The position numbers were made by a program, and so were the translations under genes. Below, one piece after another: positions 18,685 through 27,339 of a DNA stretch of 64,000 nt; position 1 is the stretch's first letter; every line of letters starts with the position of its first letter. The notes under the pieces were generated by a model that had not been told where the DNA came from, did not search any database, and saw nothing but the letters and a program-made list of their open reading frames with translations. Source of the stretch: an uncultured Geobacter sp. GTDB lineage: Bacteria; Desulfobacterota; Desulfuromonadia; Geobacterales; Geobacteraceae. The stretch spans positions 3,645 to 67,644 of the forward strand of contig CAZHVY010000013.1 of the NCBI GenBank assembly GCA_964536305.1, read 5' to 3'.

Positions 18685-19406
18685 GTGGTCAGCTCCCTGA
18701 TGAAGAGCTCGAGAAAGCCGGCCGCGGTCTTGACGGCAAGGGGAATGTCCCATCCTGATACATCCCTGTCTTCCACGTGGTTGCTTATCCCCCGCACCTC
18801 CAGGAGGTCGACGCCGAAGCGGGCCGCCACAAGGGCCGCCGCTGCCCCTTCCATGTTTTCGCAGATGGCGCCGTAGCGCGCGCGCAGTTCCTCTCCCCGG
18901 ACAAGGGTTCCGCTGCATGCGGCGACGGTCAGAAAGCTTCCGGCGTGCAAGGCGATTCCCCGGGCAGTTGCTGATTTGCGCGCCAGGTTGAGGAGCGGGG
19001 TTGATAGGGGATAGTCGTTGAATGAGGGGACGCCGTTCCGTTCCAGCAGAGGCAGTCCCATGTATCTCATGTCACGCACCCCTTCGGCGAGGAGTACCCC
19101 GGTATCGGCGAATATCTCCCGGGTCGCTACAGCCAGGTCGCCTATTCGTAGTCCGCTTCCGGGGTAGGCTCCGGCGCAGCCGGTCATGACGAGGAAACGG
19201 GGCGAAAAAACATGAAGAAGAAGAGATGTGGCGGCGGCGCAGTTGGCTGCGCCTATGCCGGTGGCGGCGAACAGGAGTCTGTGGTTATTATGGGTGGATA
19301 TGAGGACCTCCCACGGCAGGGCGCATCCTTCCGGCGACGCGTCGAAGGCCTTGGCCAAGCCATTGATTTCGCCAGGCGTGGCGGAGATGATTAGAGCCGT
19401 TACCAT
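18681..19406 (-). CDS. mqnB: futalosine hydrolase MqnB (PNP/MTAN nucleosidase fold)
   Basis: Nucleosidase-family motifs (TGIGAANCAAAT, MTGCAGAY, ENMEGAAAA), ~240 aa, coupled to mqnD. Confidence 0.7.
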   Translation of the reverse strand: MVTALIISATPGEINGLAKAFDASPEGCALPWEVLISTHNNHRLLFAATGIGAANCAAATSLLLHVFSPRFLVMTGCAGAYPGSGLRIGDLAVATREIFADTGVLLAEGVRDMRYMGLPLLERNGVPSFNDYPLSTPLLNLARKSATARGIALHAGSFLTVAACSGTLVRGEELRARYGAICENMEGAAAALVAARFGVDLLEVRGISNHVEDRDVSGWDIPLAVKTAAGFLELFIRELTT

Positions 19407-19896
19407 TTTTGTATTCCCTTGTATATGTTAAGGTACGGTAAATATTTGTTTGACATGCAGCCAGAGTCTGGCATGATACAAACTTCAAGTTCCTTGAATT
19501 CCGGAAGGATTTCGCCAAGCGATCCGCTTCATGGCGCATCACCGATTTTTCAGTGTCCCATATTATAGCAACGCATCTTTTCTTTCAGAATAAAATAAAA
19601 CCATATTTTATTTTTCTATGAAGAAGGCGAAATATATTCATGCAATTTCAGTTGGATGCGAAGCTCCCGCGAAATATGCGCTGCATACGGACTGATTATT
19701 GCATACAAGATATGCATCCTGAATGAGCTTTTCCGTTTTCACTATAAAGTAAATGACCCGCATCTAATCTCTGGGCGCTCCTGAGTGGTTCCAGGGAATC
19801 ATGGGTACATTGTATGTGTGTAGCTTAACAAAACTTGATGTCTCTTGAGGTTGATTCATAAATGCCCAGCCTTTGTAACTCGGGGTAAATTTTTTA

Positions 19897-19925
19897 TTGA
19901 CTTTTTAATCCTTTGAAGCTATTAA
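19897..19925 (+). promoter_or_regulatory. candidate sigma-70 promoter for the S-layer-like gene, implying a ~255-nt leader
   Basis: -35 TTGACT (19897-19902), 17-nt spacer, -10 TATTAA (19920-19925). The downstream leader contains hairpins ccagacgtctagtctgg and tagcctttcgggcta. Confidence 0.35.
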
Positions 19926-20187
19926 CATCACAATAAAATAGAATATTCTATGCATCTTCTGTGCTTGCCGGATCAGCCAGACGTCTAGTCTGGCTAGAGA
20001 CCGTATGGGAAAAGCGGGATTTTTCAGACTGTCTGACGTTTTAAACAGGACAAGTATGATTCCTGCAGAAAAACATGAAAGGGGGTGAATAGCTTTTCGT
20101 GCTGCCATTCGCTGTGAATGGCGAAATTTGTTTTCACTGTAGCCTTTCGGGCTACGCACTTTTTTGAGACGAAGGAGGAATTGTTAG

Positions 20188-22677
20188 ATGAAGAAATTCT
20201 TGTATTTCTTGCTGGCTACTGCAATGCTGGCAACGTTCGGTTGTACCGGCGACGAGAATACTTATTCCGTCGGCAGCCCGAATCCTAACGAATTGATGCC
20301 GAAGGGCACTGTTCAGGGCATTCTGAAGGATGCCTGCACCAATGAGCCCATTGCCGGCGCAGTCATCGACATCGGCGTGGCACAGGCGACAACCAGCGAA
20401 ACCGGCCAGTACGTGATGCACAACGTGCCGGCTACCAGTTTTGTCTCCCCCACGGCCCTGACCCTGTTGTCAGGCTACTCAGGCGAGTATTCGGCAACCA
20501 TCGACCTGCGTAAGGCGAAGAACGTGGTTACGGGTAAAAACAATTATCCGCAATTCTCATATTCCGAAGTAAGCGTTGCTTTCTCCTCTCTGGCAGAAAC
20601 CAGTCTGGCCAAGGCAGGGATCGCGAGCAATCCGAATGGCGCAATAGCGGCCGCCGGCGCTGCGGGAAGCGCTTCTAGCGTGACTGAGGTATCCGCGTCC
20701 GTTTCCACTACCAATGCTACTAATCACGATACTCCTGTTACCCAGTTGGGCAACGGTGATTTCGACTTCTACGTTGGTAAAATTACGACCGCCATCAGTG
20801 GCGCTGCTGTCACCGCTGATATGAAGAACGTGCCTGACGGCTATGCCGTACTGCTTTATTCTCTGGGCAACAACTGGACCGGCAATTCCTCAACCGGCGC
20901 AGAAGGTCACCTCATTGCACAGACAACCACCAAAAATGGCCGTTTCACATTTGATAAGCTGGAAGCCAAGCAGTACTACAGGGTAGTTGTTGTCGATACC
21001 GCCGATGGCGTAGCGACGATGACTGGCCAAGAAATAAAAAGGACCAACTGCGAAGGCACCACTTGGTTCGGCGTGCAGGATGGCGACCCCATCATAGTAC
21101 GTTCTACCGACGTAATGTGTCCGTTCATCACCAAGGTTTCTCCGAGCAACTGGGCCGATCTCGACCCTGCAACCGCCGGCGGCATCAAAGTCGTCTTCAC
21201 CTTCAGCGAGCCTATCAAGGCTAATGCCCATATCACCGGCAGGGGCCTCACCGCTTCCGATCTGGGTGGACTGTACAGCCTCGTTTATGTGTACTATGAA
21301 GGCAATAAGGCTGGCTTCAACAAATCCGGTAACATAGCTCATTCTCTGGCGTGGAATGATGATATGACGGAACTGACCGTTACTATCAACCCTGTTGGCA
21401 AAGCCAGTGTTTACTCCGTATCGCTCGGCGATGGCGCTCAGGCATTGCTTAAGGACGCAGCTGGTAACGAACTGAGCGCTGGCCTCGGCGCACACAACAT
21501 TCCTTGTCTGCCGTTCAGAGACGCAGACTTCGTGTTTGCGGGTGAAACCGTCAAAGCTAACATCTTCCAAGACAAGCATAATGTACCGGTCCTCAAAGAC
21601 AAGAAGCTGATCAAGCAGGTTCACTTCACCACCTACGGCGCTTCTGCTGCTGGCCAGCCGACACTGAAGCTTACCGCGACGCCTTACGACTTCGACGACA
21701 ACATCCAGTTCAGCTGGACCGCGGCAACTGGCGCCAAGTATTATAACCTGTACTGCGCCACGAACCAGGTGTGGAGCAACGGATCCAACGTTCATACTAC
21801 CGCGAAGGTCAATGCCAACCCGATTACCGATACGACTTTTGCATACGATCCGCAGGCGCTGCCGCAATTCAACTTCGTGGAAAACAACTCCATCAAGCTG
21901 ACTTATGACTGCTATGTTGTGGGCGTTGACGCTGACGGTATTGAAGGCAAGTCCAGCAACATAGTGACTGCTTCTGACAAAGTGGCGCCGAAAATTCTCG
22001 GTTCAACTCTCGCCGCTGCCATCCAGGCCAAGGCAGATTTCTTCACCATCAGCTTCAGCGAGCCGATGGTTAAGTCCGAAGTTCAGGATCCGGCCAACTA
22101 TACCCTCAATGCTGCTGCTTTCACCGCTACTCCGGTGACTATCTCCAGCATTTCTTACAACGAGAACACCCGCATCGCTACTATCAGGCTCTCCGGGGCA
22201 CTCGAAAAGATTCAGATGGGTGCGATTGGAACCGGTGCGAACGGCATCGCGGAATCCGTCAGGGTTGGCACGGACGACCAACCCATTCCGCTTGGAAATG
22301 GTCTTGCTAATGCAGTCTGCGTGACCGCGGCGCAAAATCACGTTGTAGCTACCGTAGCTCTGGGTGATGATGTCCAGCGTATAGCCGTAGGCCAGACAGC
22401 AAATGCCGGTCAGGTAATTATCGACGCAGGCGCTGATGGCATCTGCCAGACAACAGCAGCTGCTGTGACAGAAGTTCAGAACATAGCAGTAGGCAGAGGC
22501 TTGGCAAACCAGATTGAGATTACCGCCGGTGTTGGCTTCACACTGCAGTCAACTCCTGCCGGTGACGACAAGCTGACCGACGCGCCGGTGTTCATTACCG
22601 TAGCAACGCATGACATCGCCGGTAATTCACTCAACAGCAAGAATAACGCAATCAGGACGGATGGCGTCATCGAATAA
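20188..22677 (+). CDS. large surface lipoprotein, S-layer-like (carboxypeptidase-regulatory-like N-domain plus SbsA/Ig-like domains)
   Basis: Lipobox MKKFLYFLLATAMLATFGC with a strong AAGGAGG SD. GTVQGILKDACTNEPIAGAVIDIG...TGQYVMHNVP is a CarboxypepD_reg-like pattern. Two P-x-V..P...FSEP(I/M) Ig-like signatures (VSPSNW..VVFTFSEPI; APKILGS..FFTISFSEPM). The composition is Thr/Ala/Gly/Asn/Val-rich and the codon usage is atypically A/T-rich. Confidence 0.6.
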   Translation: MKKFLYFLLATAMLATFGCTGDENTYSVGSPNPNELMPKGTVQGILKDACTNEPIAGAVIDIGVAQATTSETGQYVMHNVPATSFVSPTALTLLSGYSGEYSATIDLRKAKNVVTGKNNYPQFSYSEVSVAFSSLAETSLAKAGIASNPNGAIAAAGAAGSASSVTEVSASVSTTNATNHDTPVTQLGNGDFDFYVGKITTAISGAAVTADMKNVPDGYAVLLYSLGNNWTGNSSTGAEGHLIAQTTTKNGRFTFDKLEAKQYYRVVVVDTADGVATMTGQEIKRTNCEGTTWFGVQDGDPIIVRSTDVMCPFITKVSPSNWADLDPATAGGIKVVFTFSEPIKANAHITGRGLTASDLGGLYSLVYVYYEGNKAGFNKSGNIAHSLAWNDDMTELTVTINPVGKASVYSVSLGDGAQALLKDAAGNELSAGLGAHNIPCLPFRDADFVFAGETVKANIFQDKHNVPVLKDKKLIKQVHFTTYGASAAGQPTLKLTATPYDFDDNIQFSWTAATGAKYYNLYCATNQVWSNGSNVHTTAKVNANPITDTTFAYDPQALPQFNFVENNSIKLTYDCYVVGVDADGIEGKSSNIVTASDKVAPKILGSTLAAAIQAKADFFTISFSEPMVKSEVQDPANYTLNAAAFTATPVTISSISYNENTRIATIRLSGALEKIQMGAIGTGANGIAESVRVGTDDQPIPLGNGLANAVCVTAAQNHVVATVALGDDVQRIAVGQTANAGQVIIDAGADGICQTTAAAVTEVQNIAVGRGLANQIEITAGVGFTLQSTPAGDDKLTDAPVFITVATHDIAGNSLNSKNNAIRTDGVIE

Positions 22678-22692
22678 CGTCTTCTGACGAAA

Positions 22693-22722
22693 CCTCACGC
22701 AGAGGAAATCCTCTGCGTGAGG
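22693..22722 (+). terminator. intrinsic terminator 1 after the S-layer-like gene
   Basis: Perfect 13-bp stem cctcacgcagagg-aaat-cctctgcgtgagg followed by a T-rich stretch. Confidence 0.7.
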
Positions 22723-22775
22723 AGTTCTTGTTGACACAAAAGCTTCTCAGAAATGAGTTTTTCTTTGGTATTCTT

Positions 22776-22806
22776 GAAAGAGCGATGGATTAACCATCGC
22801 TCTTTC
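22776..22806 (+). terminator. intrinsic terminator 2 (tandem)
   Basis: gaaagagcgatgg-attaa-ccatcgctctttc followed by gtgtattttgctttgttt. Confidence 0.6.
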
Positions 22807-22925
22807 GTGTATTTTGCTTTGTTTATCACATGGCACATCTTCGCGGCGCAGCACAGAACCAGTCATTCAGCCCTGTCCATGTCGTTTTGCATGCAGGAAT
22901 TCAGCAATAGATAAGGATACGACCC

Positions 22926-24218
22926 ATGATCCTTTCACTCATCAGATTCGCATCAATATTTTCTCTGCTTTTGTCTTTGTTTGTATTATCTTCCTGCGGT
23001 GGTAACGGTTCGTCGGATCCCTCTCCTCCGGTTGAGGGCAAAAAATGGACCGTAATGGTCTACCTGGACGCGGACAACAATCTGGGTACGGCATCCATGC
23101 TGGACCTTGAGGAGATGCAAACGGTCGGTTCTTCCGCAAATGTTACCTTCATCGTCCAGCATGACACTAACGGCGGCAATACGAAGCGCTACAGGGTAGA
23201 AAAAGGTTCATTGACCCTCCTTTCCGATCTGGGCGAGCTGGACATGTCCGCGGCCTCTACCCTGCGCGATTTCGTCAGATATTCCGCGACCGCCTATCCA
23301 GCGGATCATTACGCCTTGATTATCTGGAATCACGGCCAGGGATGGAAGAACGCACTTCAGGGCAGCAGGGTTAAATCAATCTTTAACGACGTGGACAACG
23401 GTAATCCTTCCAATTTCCTTTCCAACTACTACGTGGCTGCGGCCCTGGCGGAAGCGGAGTCCGCTGCCGGATTCAAGCTCGATATCCTTGGCATTGACGC
23501 CTGCGAAATGGCTGTTCTCGAGGCTGCCTACGAGTTCCGGAACGTGGCGAAGATCCTTGTTGCTTCCCAGGAATTGGTTGATTACCATGGTTGGTACTAC
23601 AGCGATCTGTTTGCGCGTATGGTGAACAACCCGACCATCACCCCGAAGGAGTTGGCCAAGGCGATGGTGCTGAGCTTCAAGAAGTTTTACGAAGATGGAG
23701 GTTACAAAACCCAGACCATCAGCGCCTTTGCTCTGGATCCTCTTTATTCAAACGATGGCGTTACCAGTATAGGTACTCTCGCACAGGCGGTAAACGGCAT
23801 GGCGCTCAGACTCACTTCCAGCATGGCCGACACGGCCACACGTACCGCAGCTCTGAAATTGTTGACCGATGTGCGTGCGCAGGTGCAGGAGTTTGACCCG
23901 GATGTGCTTCCCGCAACCTATGTGGATCTTATACACCTGAGCCGACTGATTGATGGCGCTGGTTCTTCCGTTGAAACAACATACAACAAGCTGCTTCTCG
24001 GAGAATACCATGGTTCGGAAAGGCCGAACGCACATGGCCTGTCCATCGTTTTCTACGATCGTTCAAGTCCTTACGACAACGTTGTCTATGATACCGACTA
24101 TCGCGGATATAATGAAAGTACCGGAACAGGAAGCAGAATTGCATTCCTCAATCAGTATCAATGGGATGATATGCTGCACACCTATTTTGGTCTTCAATAT
24201 CCCCTGAAACCGAACTGA
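22926..24218 (+). CDS. clostripain-family (peptidase C11) cysteine protease lipoprotein
   Basis: Lipobox LFVLSSC; WTVMVYLDADNNL; catalytic His context IIWNHGQGW; catalytic Cys context LGIDACEMAV. Confidence 0.8.
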   Translation: MILSLIRFASIFSLLLSLFVLSSCGGNGSSDPSPPVEGKKWTVMVYLDADNNLGTASMLDLEEMQTVGSSANVTFIVQHDTNGGNTKRYRVEKGSLTLLSDLGELDMSAASTLRDFVRYSATAYPADHYALIIWNHGQGWKNALQGSRVKSIFNDVDNGNPSNFLSNYYVAAALAEAESAAGFKLDILGIDACEMAVLEAAYEFRNVAKILVASQELVDYHGWYYSDLFARMVNNPTITPKELAKAMVLSFKKFYEDGGYKTQTISAFALDPLYSNDGVTSIGTLAQAVNGMALRLTSSMADTATRTAALKLLTDVRAQVQEFDPDVLPATYVDLIHLSRLIDGAGSSVETTYNKLLLGEYHGSERPNAHGLSIVFYDRSSPYDNVVYDTDYRGYNESTGTGSRIAFLNQYQWDDMLHTYFGLQYPLKPN

Positions 24219-24249
24219 TCGTGCGTCACTCATGATTTTGCGAGTAAAG

Positions 24250-24278
24250 AAACACCCGCTTCGGCGGGTTTTTCTTTG
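24250..24278 (+). terminator. intrinsic terminator after the C11 peptidase gene
   Basis: acccgc-ttcg-gcgggt followed by ttttcttt. Confidence 0.6.
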
Positions 24279-24334
24279 GAGCAACGATGCCGAATGGCAC
24301 TTACAGGTTTTCAACTTATCGTCTTCTAAGGGTC

Positions 24335-24350
24335 TGGCGCTGATCTCGCA
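24335..24350 (+). promoter_or_regulatory. sigma-54-like -24/-12 element upstream of gspC
   Basis: TGGCGC-tgatc-TCGCA against the consensus TGGCAC-N5-TTGCA, with correct GG/GC spacing, 113 nt upstream of the gspC ATG. Confidence 0.3.
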
Positions 24351-24462
24351 GTTCGTGCCGGCATACAATGCTGGGACAAACAAGTCCCGGCTTTTCCCTT
24401 GCCAGTATTTCCATTATTGTTTATAGTTACGAAAATTTTATCATCTCTAATCGGACTGTTTA

Positions 24463-25323
24463 ATGGATAAGAAAATCAAGGCGCTTAATATTGGCATCAC
24501 AGTTCTGATACTCATAATTCTTGCCATGATTGCCTCCGATATTATCTCCAACCGGCTTTCGCGGGCCTTTCCCCTGATGGCGAACAAGAACCAGACACCT
24601 GAACTGGCGAGTGGCAGCGCGGATCTTACCACGTTTTCTCCCATACTGGAAAAGGGTCTGTTCGGCAAGGCGACCAAAGGCGCCCTGACGCCCATAACAC
24701 GTGTGGAGAGCCCGGCGGCGGTTTCGCCTGGCGACCTGCTCCTGATCGGTACCTCGGTGGGCTCCTTTCGTGAGACATTCGCCTTGATCCAGCGCCAGAG
24801 CACCCATGAAGAGAAGGTCTTCCGTTTAGGTGACAAGGTCTTCGAGATCGGCCCTCTCCTTACGGTGGCGAGAAATATGGTCGAGATCCAGAGCGGCCCC
24901 TCCCGCATGAAACTTTCAGCCCCTACGGCCGTGCCGGGCGTGGCGGGGGGTGGCGCCATAGGAACTTCGCCGCCGCAGGGCGGCTTGGCCAGCAAGGTGG
25001 GCGCTGGGAGCTATGTCATCGATCAACGCGCCCTCTCCGCCATCCTGGACAACCCCGCTAAGGCCATGACCGATGCCCGACTGCTTCCCAACTCGAAAGA
25101 CGGAAAGGTGCAGGGGTTCAACATTTCGGAGGTGAAGCCTGGCGGTCTCTTTGGCACCATCGGCATGAAAGACGGAGACACCCTGCTGAGGATAAACGAT
25201 TTCGCCATTGACTCTCCGGATAAGGCCATGCAGTCTTTCATGTCTCTCAAGGGCCAGAGCAGCATCAGGCTTGACCTGATGCGCGAAGGCCGCCCCCTGA
25301 CGCTCAATTACGACATCCGATGA
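24463..25323 (+). CDS. gspC: type II secretion system protein GspC (N-terminal TM, C-terminal PDZ)
   Basis: TM segment IGITVLILIILAMIA; PDZ-like GFNISEVKPGGLFGTIGMKDGDTLLRINDFAI; position directly before gspD. Confidence 0.8.
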   Translation: MDKKIKALNIGITVLILIILAMIASDIISNRLSRAFPLMANKNQTPELASGSADLTTFSPILEKGLFGKATKGALTPITRVESPAAVSPGDLLLIGTSVGSFRETFALIQRQSTHEEKVFRLGDKVFEIGPLLTVARNMVEIQSGPSRMKLSAPTAVPGVAGGGAIGTSPPQGGLASKVGAGSYVIDQRALSAILDNPAKAMTDARLLPNSKDGKVQGFNISEVKPGGLFGTIGMKDGDTLLRINDFAIDSPDKAMQSFMSLKGQSSIRLDLMREGRPLTLNYDIR

Positions 25324-25386
25324 TGCGCGCTGAAAATGCCGCACGGCATCCGAACCGCGCCTGATGAAAAAAGCTGGAGGTTTTCA

Positions 25387-27339
25387 TTGAAAACTATCGC
25401 TCGAACCATTTTGGCAGCCGCACTTCTTATCCTGGCCGCCATGCCCGTTCCGGCCTCGGCAAAGGGCATTGTGCTGAATTTCAGCGATGTGGATATTTCT
25501 ACCATGGTGAAGTTCATTAGCGATCTGACCGGAAAGAACTTCATCCTCGACGACCGCGTGAAAGGGAAGATCTCCGTTTTTTCCCCTTCCATGCTGTCCA
25601 GGGAAGAGGCCTTCAACGTGTTTACTTCAGTTCTGGACCTGAAAGGGTTTTCCGTGGTCCAGACGGGCAGGGTCTACAAGATAGTGCCCACCTCGGCCGC
25701 CAAGCAGTCAGGAATGAAGATACTATCCGGCACAGATCGGATTCCGGTGAACGAGACGTATATGGCTAGAGTTATTCCTCTTTCGCGCATTCCATCTCAG
25801 GAAGCGGCCAACTTTCTGCTGCCGGTGGTTTCCAAGGACGGCTACGTCGCCTCCTTTGGGCCAGCAAACACCCTGCTGGTGGTGGATTCGGCCCTGAATA
25901 TCCAGAAGGTTCTGGACATTATCAAGACCATTGACGGTGACCTGCGGCATCACGGCGCCGAGCTGGTCTTCCTTAAGCATGCCTCGGCTGACAACGTGGC
26001 TAATATCGTGCGCGAGTGGATCTATGGCAGGGACCGCTCCAATAAATCCGGTATCCAGTCCGTCCAGAGCCAGACATCATCCGGCCAGAGCGCTGGTGTT
26101 GGCGGTCTCCTGGTTCCCGACAACCGCCTCAACGCCGTGATAATATTCGGCAGTGAACAGGACAAGGCGGATATCAAGCAGTTTATTGCCATGCTGGATA
26201 TAACGCCTCCCACCTCCAGTAGCAAGATCAATGTATATTATTTGGAAAACGCCGATGCTACAGATGTAAGCAAGGTGCTGGACACTATGATCAAGGGCAC
26301 CGGCAGCTCTCCTCAAGGGAGCTCGGCCCAGCAGCAGGTTGCATTCGAGGGTTCCAGGATATCAATCGCTCCAGACAAGGCCACCAATTCCATTGTGATC
26401 ATGGCTGCGCCCAACGATTACCAGAACTTGGCCAGGGTAATCCAGAAACTGGATCGCCGTCGCCGACAGGTGTTTGTCAAGGCCCTGGTGGCCGAGGTCT
26501 CCATGGATAAGGCGCGCGAGATCGGCATGCAGTTGGGCGTGGGCGCGGCAGGGACGGATGGCACCATCGCAGCGGCCGGGCTTCTGGACCCGTTCAGTTT
26601 TATCGGCGCCTCCAACGCGCAGCAGCAGTCGGTCATCAAGATACTGGAAGGCTTCAGCAAGAACGTGAATTTCTCCGCCGTACTCAAGCTTCTGGACGAG
26701 AACGGCGCGGTGAATGTCCTGTCCACACCAAATATCCTTACCTCGGACAACAAGGAGGCGGAGATCTTCGTGGGCGAGAACGTGCCGTTCGTTTCTTCCA
26801 CCACCCTTTCCTCCACCGGCCTCTCCCAGCAGTCCGTGGAAAGGAAGGACACCGGTATCACGCTGAAGATTACCCCCCAGATCACCGAGGGCGAGTACAT
26901 CAAGCTGGACATCTATCAGGAGATATCGGCGGTCAAGGACAGCAAGGGTCAGGCCACCGACCTGGTGACCACCAAGCGCTCCGCCAAGACCTCGGTGGTG
27001 GTGAAGGATACCGACTCCGTGGTTATCGGGGGGCTGATCCAGACCCGCGACGAGGAGAATATCGACAAGATCCCGTTCCTGGGTGATATCCCGATTCTGG
27101 GCTATCTGTTCAAGACCAAATCCACAGAGCGCAAGAAGACGAACCTGATAATCCTGCTCACACCGCGCATCATCCGGAACGCGGCCGACATGGCTGATGT
27201 GTCCAGGAATCAGACATTCCAGTTCGAATCCCTTGTTCCGGCGGAAACGCCGATCGATCTCAACAAGGAGTTGCGGGGAGGCGCACTTCCTCCTGCCGCG
27301 GGCTCGAACGGGAAAGAGGAACTGAAAGGAAAGCCATGA
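25387..27339 (+). CDS. gspD: type II secretion system secretin GspD
   Basis: N0/N1-type domains (VLNFSDVDISTMVKFISDLTGKNFILD) and secretin core ending IPFLGDIPILGYLFK. The TTG at 25387 has a GGAGG SD 6 nt upstream and yields a clean signal peptide. The alternative ATG at 25336 has no SD. Confidence 0.93.
   Translation: MKTIARTILAAALLILAAMPVPASAKGIVLNFSDVDISTMVKFISDLTGKNFILDDRVKGKISVFSPSMLSREEAFNVFTSVLDLKGFSVVQTGRVYKIVPTSAAKQSGMKILSGTDRIPVNETYMARVIPLSRIPSQEAANFLLPVVSKDGYVASFGPANTLLVVDSALNIQKVLDIIKTIDGDLRHHGAELVFLKHASADNVANIVREWIYGRDRSNKSGIQSVQSQTSSGQSAGVGGLLVPDNRLNAVIIFGSEQDKADIKQFIAMLDITPPTSSSKINVYYLENADATDVSKVLDTMIKGTGSSPQGSSAQQQVAFEGSRISIAPDKATNSIVIMAAPNDYQNLARVIQKLDRRRRQVFVKALVAEVSMDKAREIGMQLGVGAAGTDGTIAAAGLLDPFSFIGASNAQQQSVIKILEGFSKNVNFSAVLKLLDENGAVNVLSTPNILTSDNKEAEIFVGENVPFVSSTTLSSTGLSQQSVERKDTGITLKITPQITEGEYIKLDIYQEISAVKDSKGQATDLVTTKRSAKTSVVVKDTDSVVIGGLIQTRDEENIDKIPFLGDIPILGYLFKTKSTERKKTNLIILLTPRIIRNAADMADVSRNQTFQFESLVPAETPIDLNKELRGGALPPAAGSNGKEELKGKP

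Noticed and set aside
17842-18918. Full 358-aa version of the mqnD ORF
   Set aside because: The first 78 residues are Arg/Gly/Pro-rich and lie within mqnB in another frame. The conserved MqnD N-terminus begins at the ATG at 18684, which forms an ATGA overlap with the mqnB stop.
20890-21867. 325-aa minus-strand ORF inside the S-layer-like gene
   Set aside because: It is an antisense shadow ORF. The + strand frame has a lipobox, a strong SD, domain signatures and terminators.
22831-22846. TGGCAC motif upstream of the C11 peptidase gene as a sigma-54 promoter
   Set aside because: The -12 region reads CGCG at N5 spacing, so the GC dinucleotide is out of register by one position.
27222-27232. 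GTTCGAATCC, a tRNA T-arm-like string
   Set aside because: It lies inside the gspD coding frame with no surrounding cloverleaf complementarity. I saw no tRNA, rRNA or tmRNA in the window.
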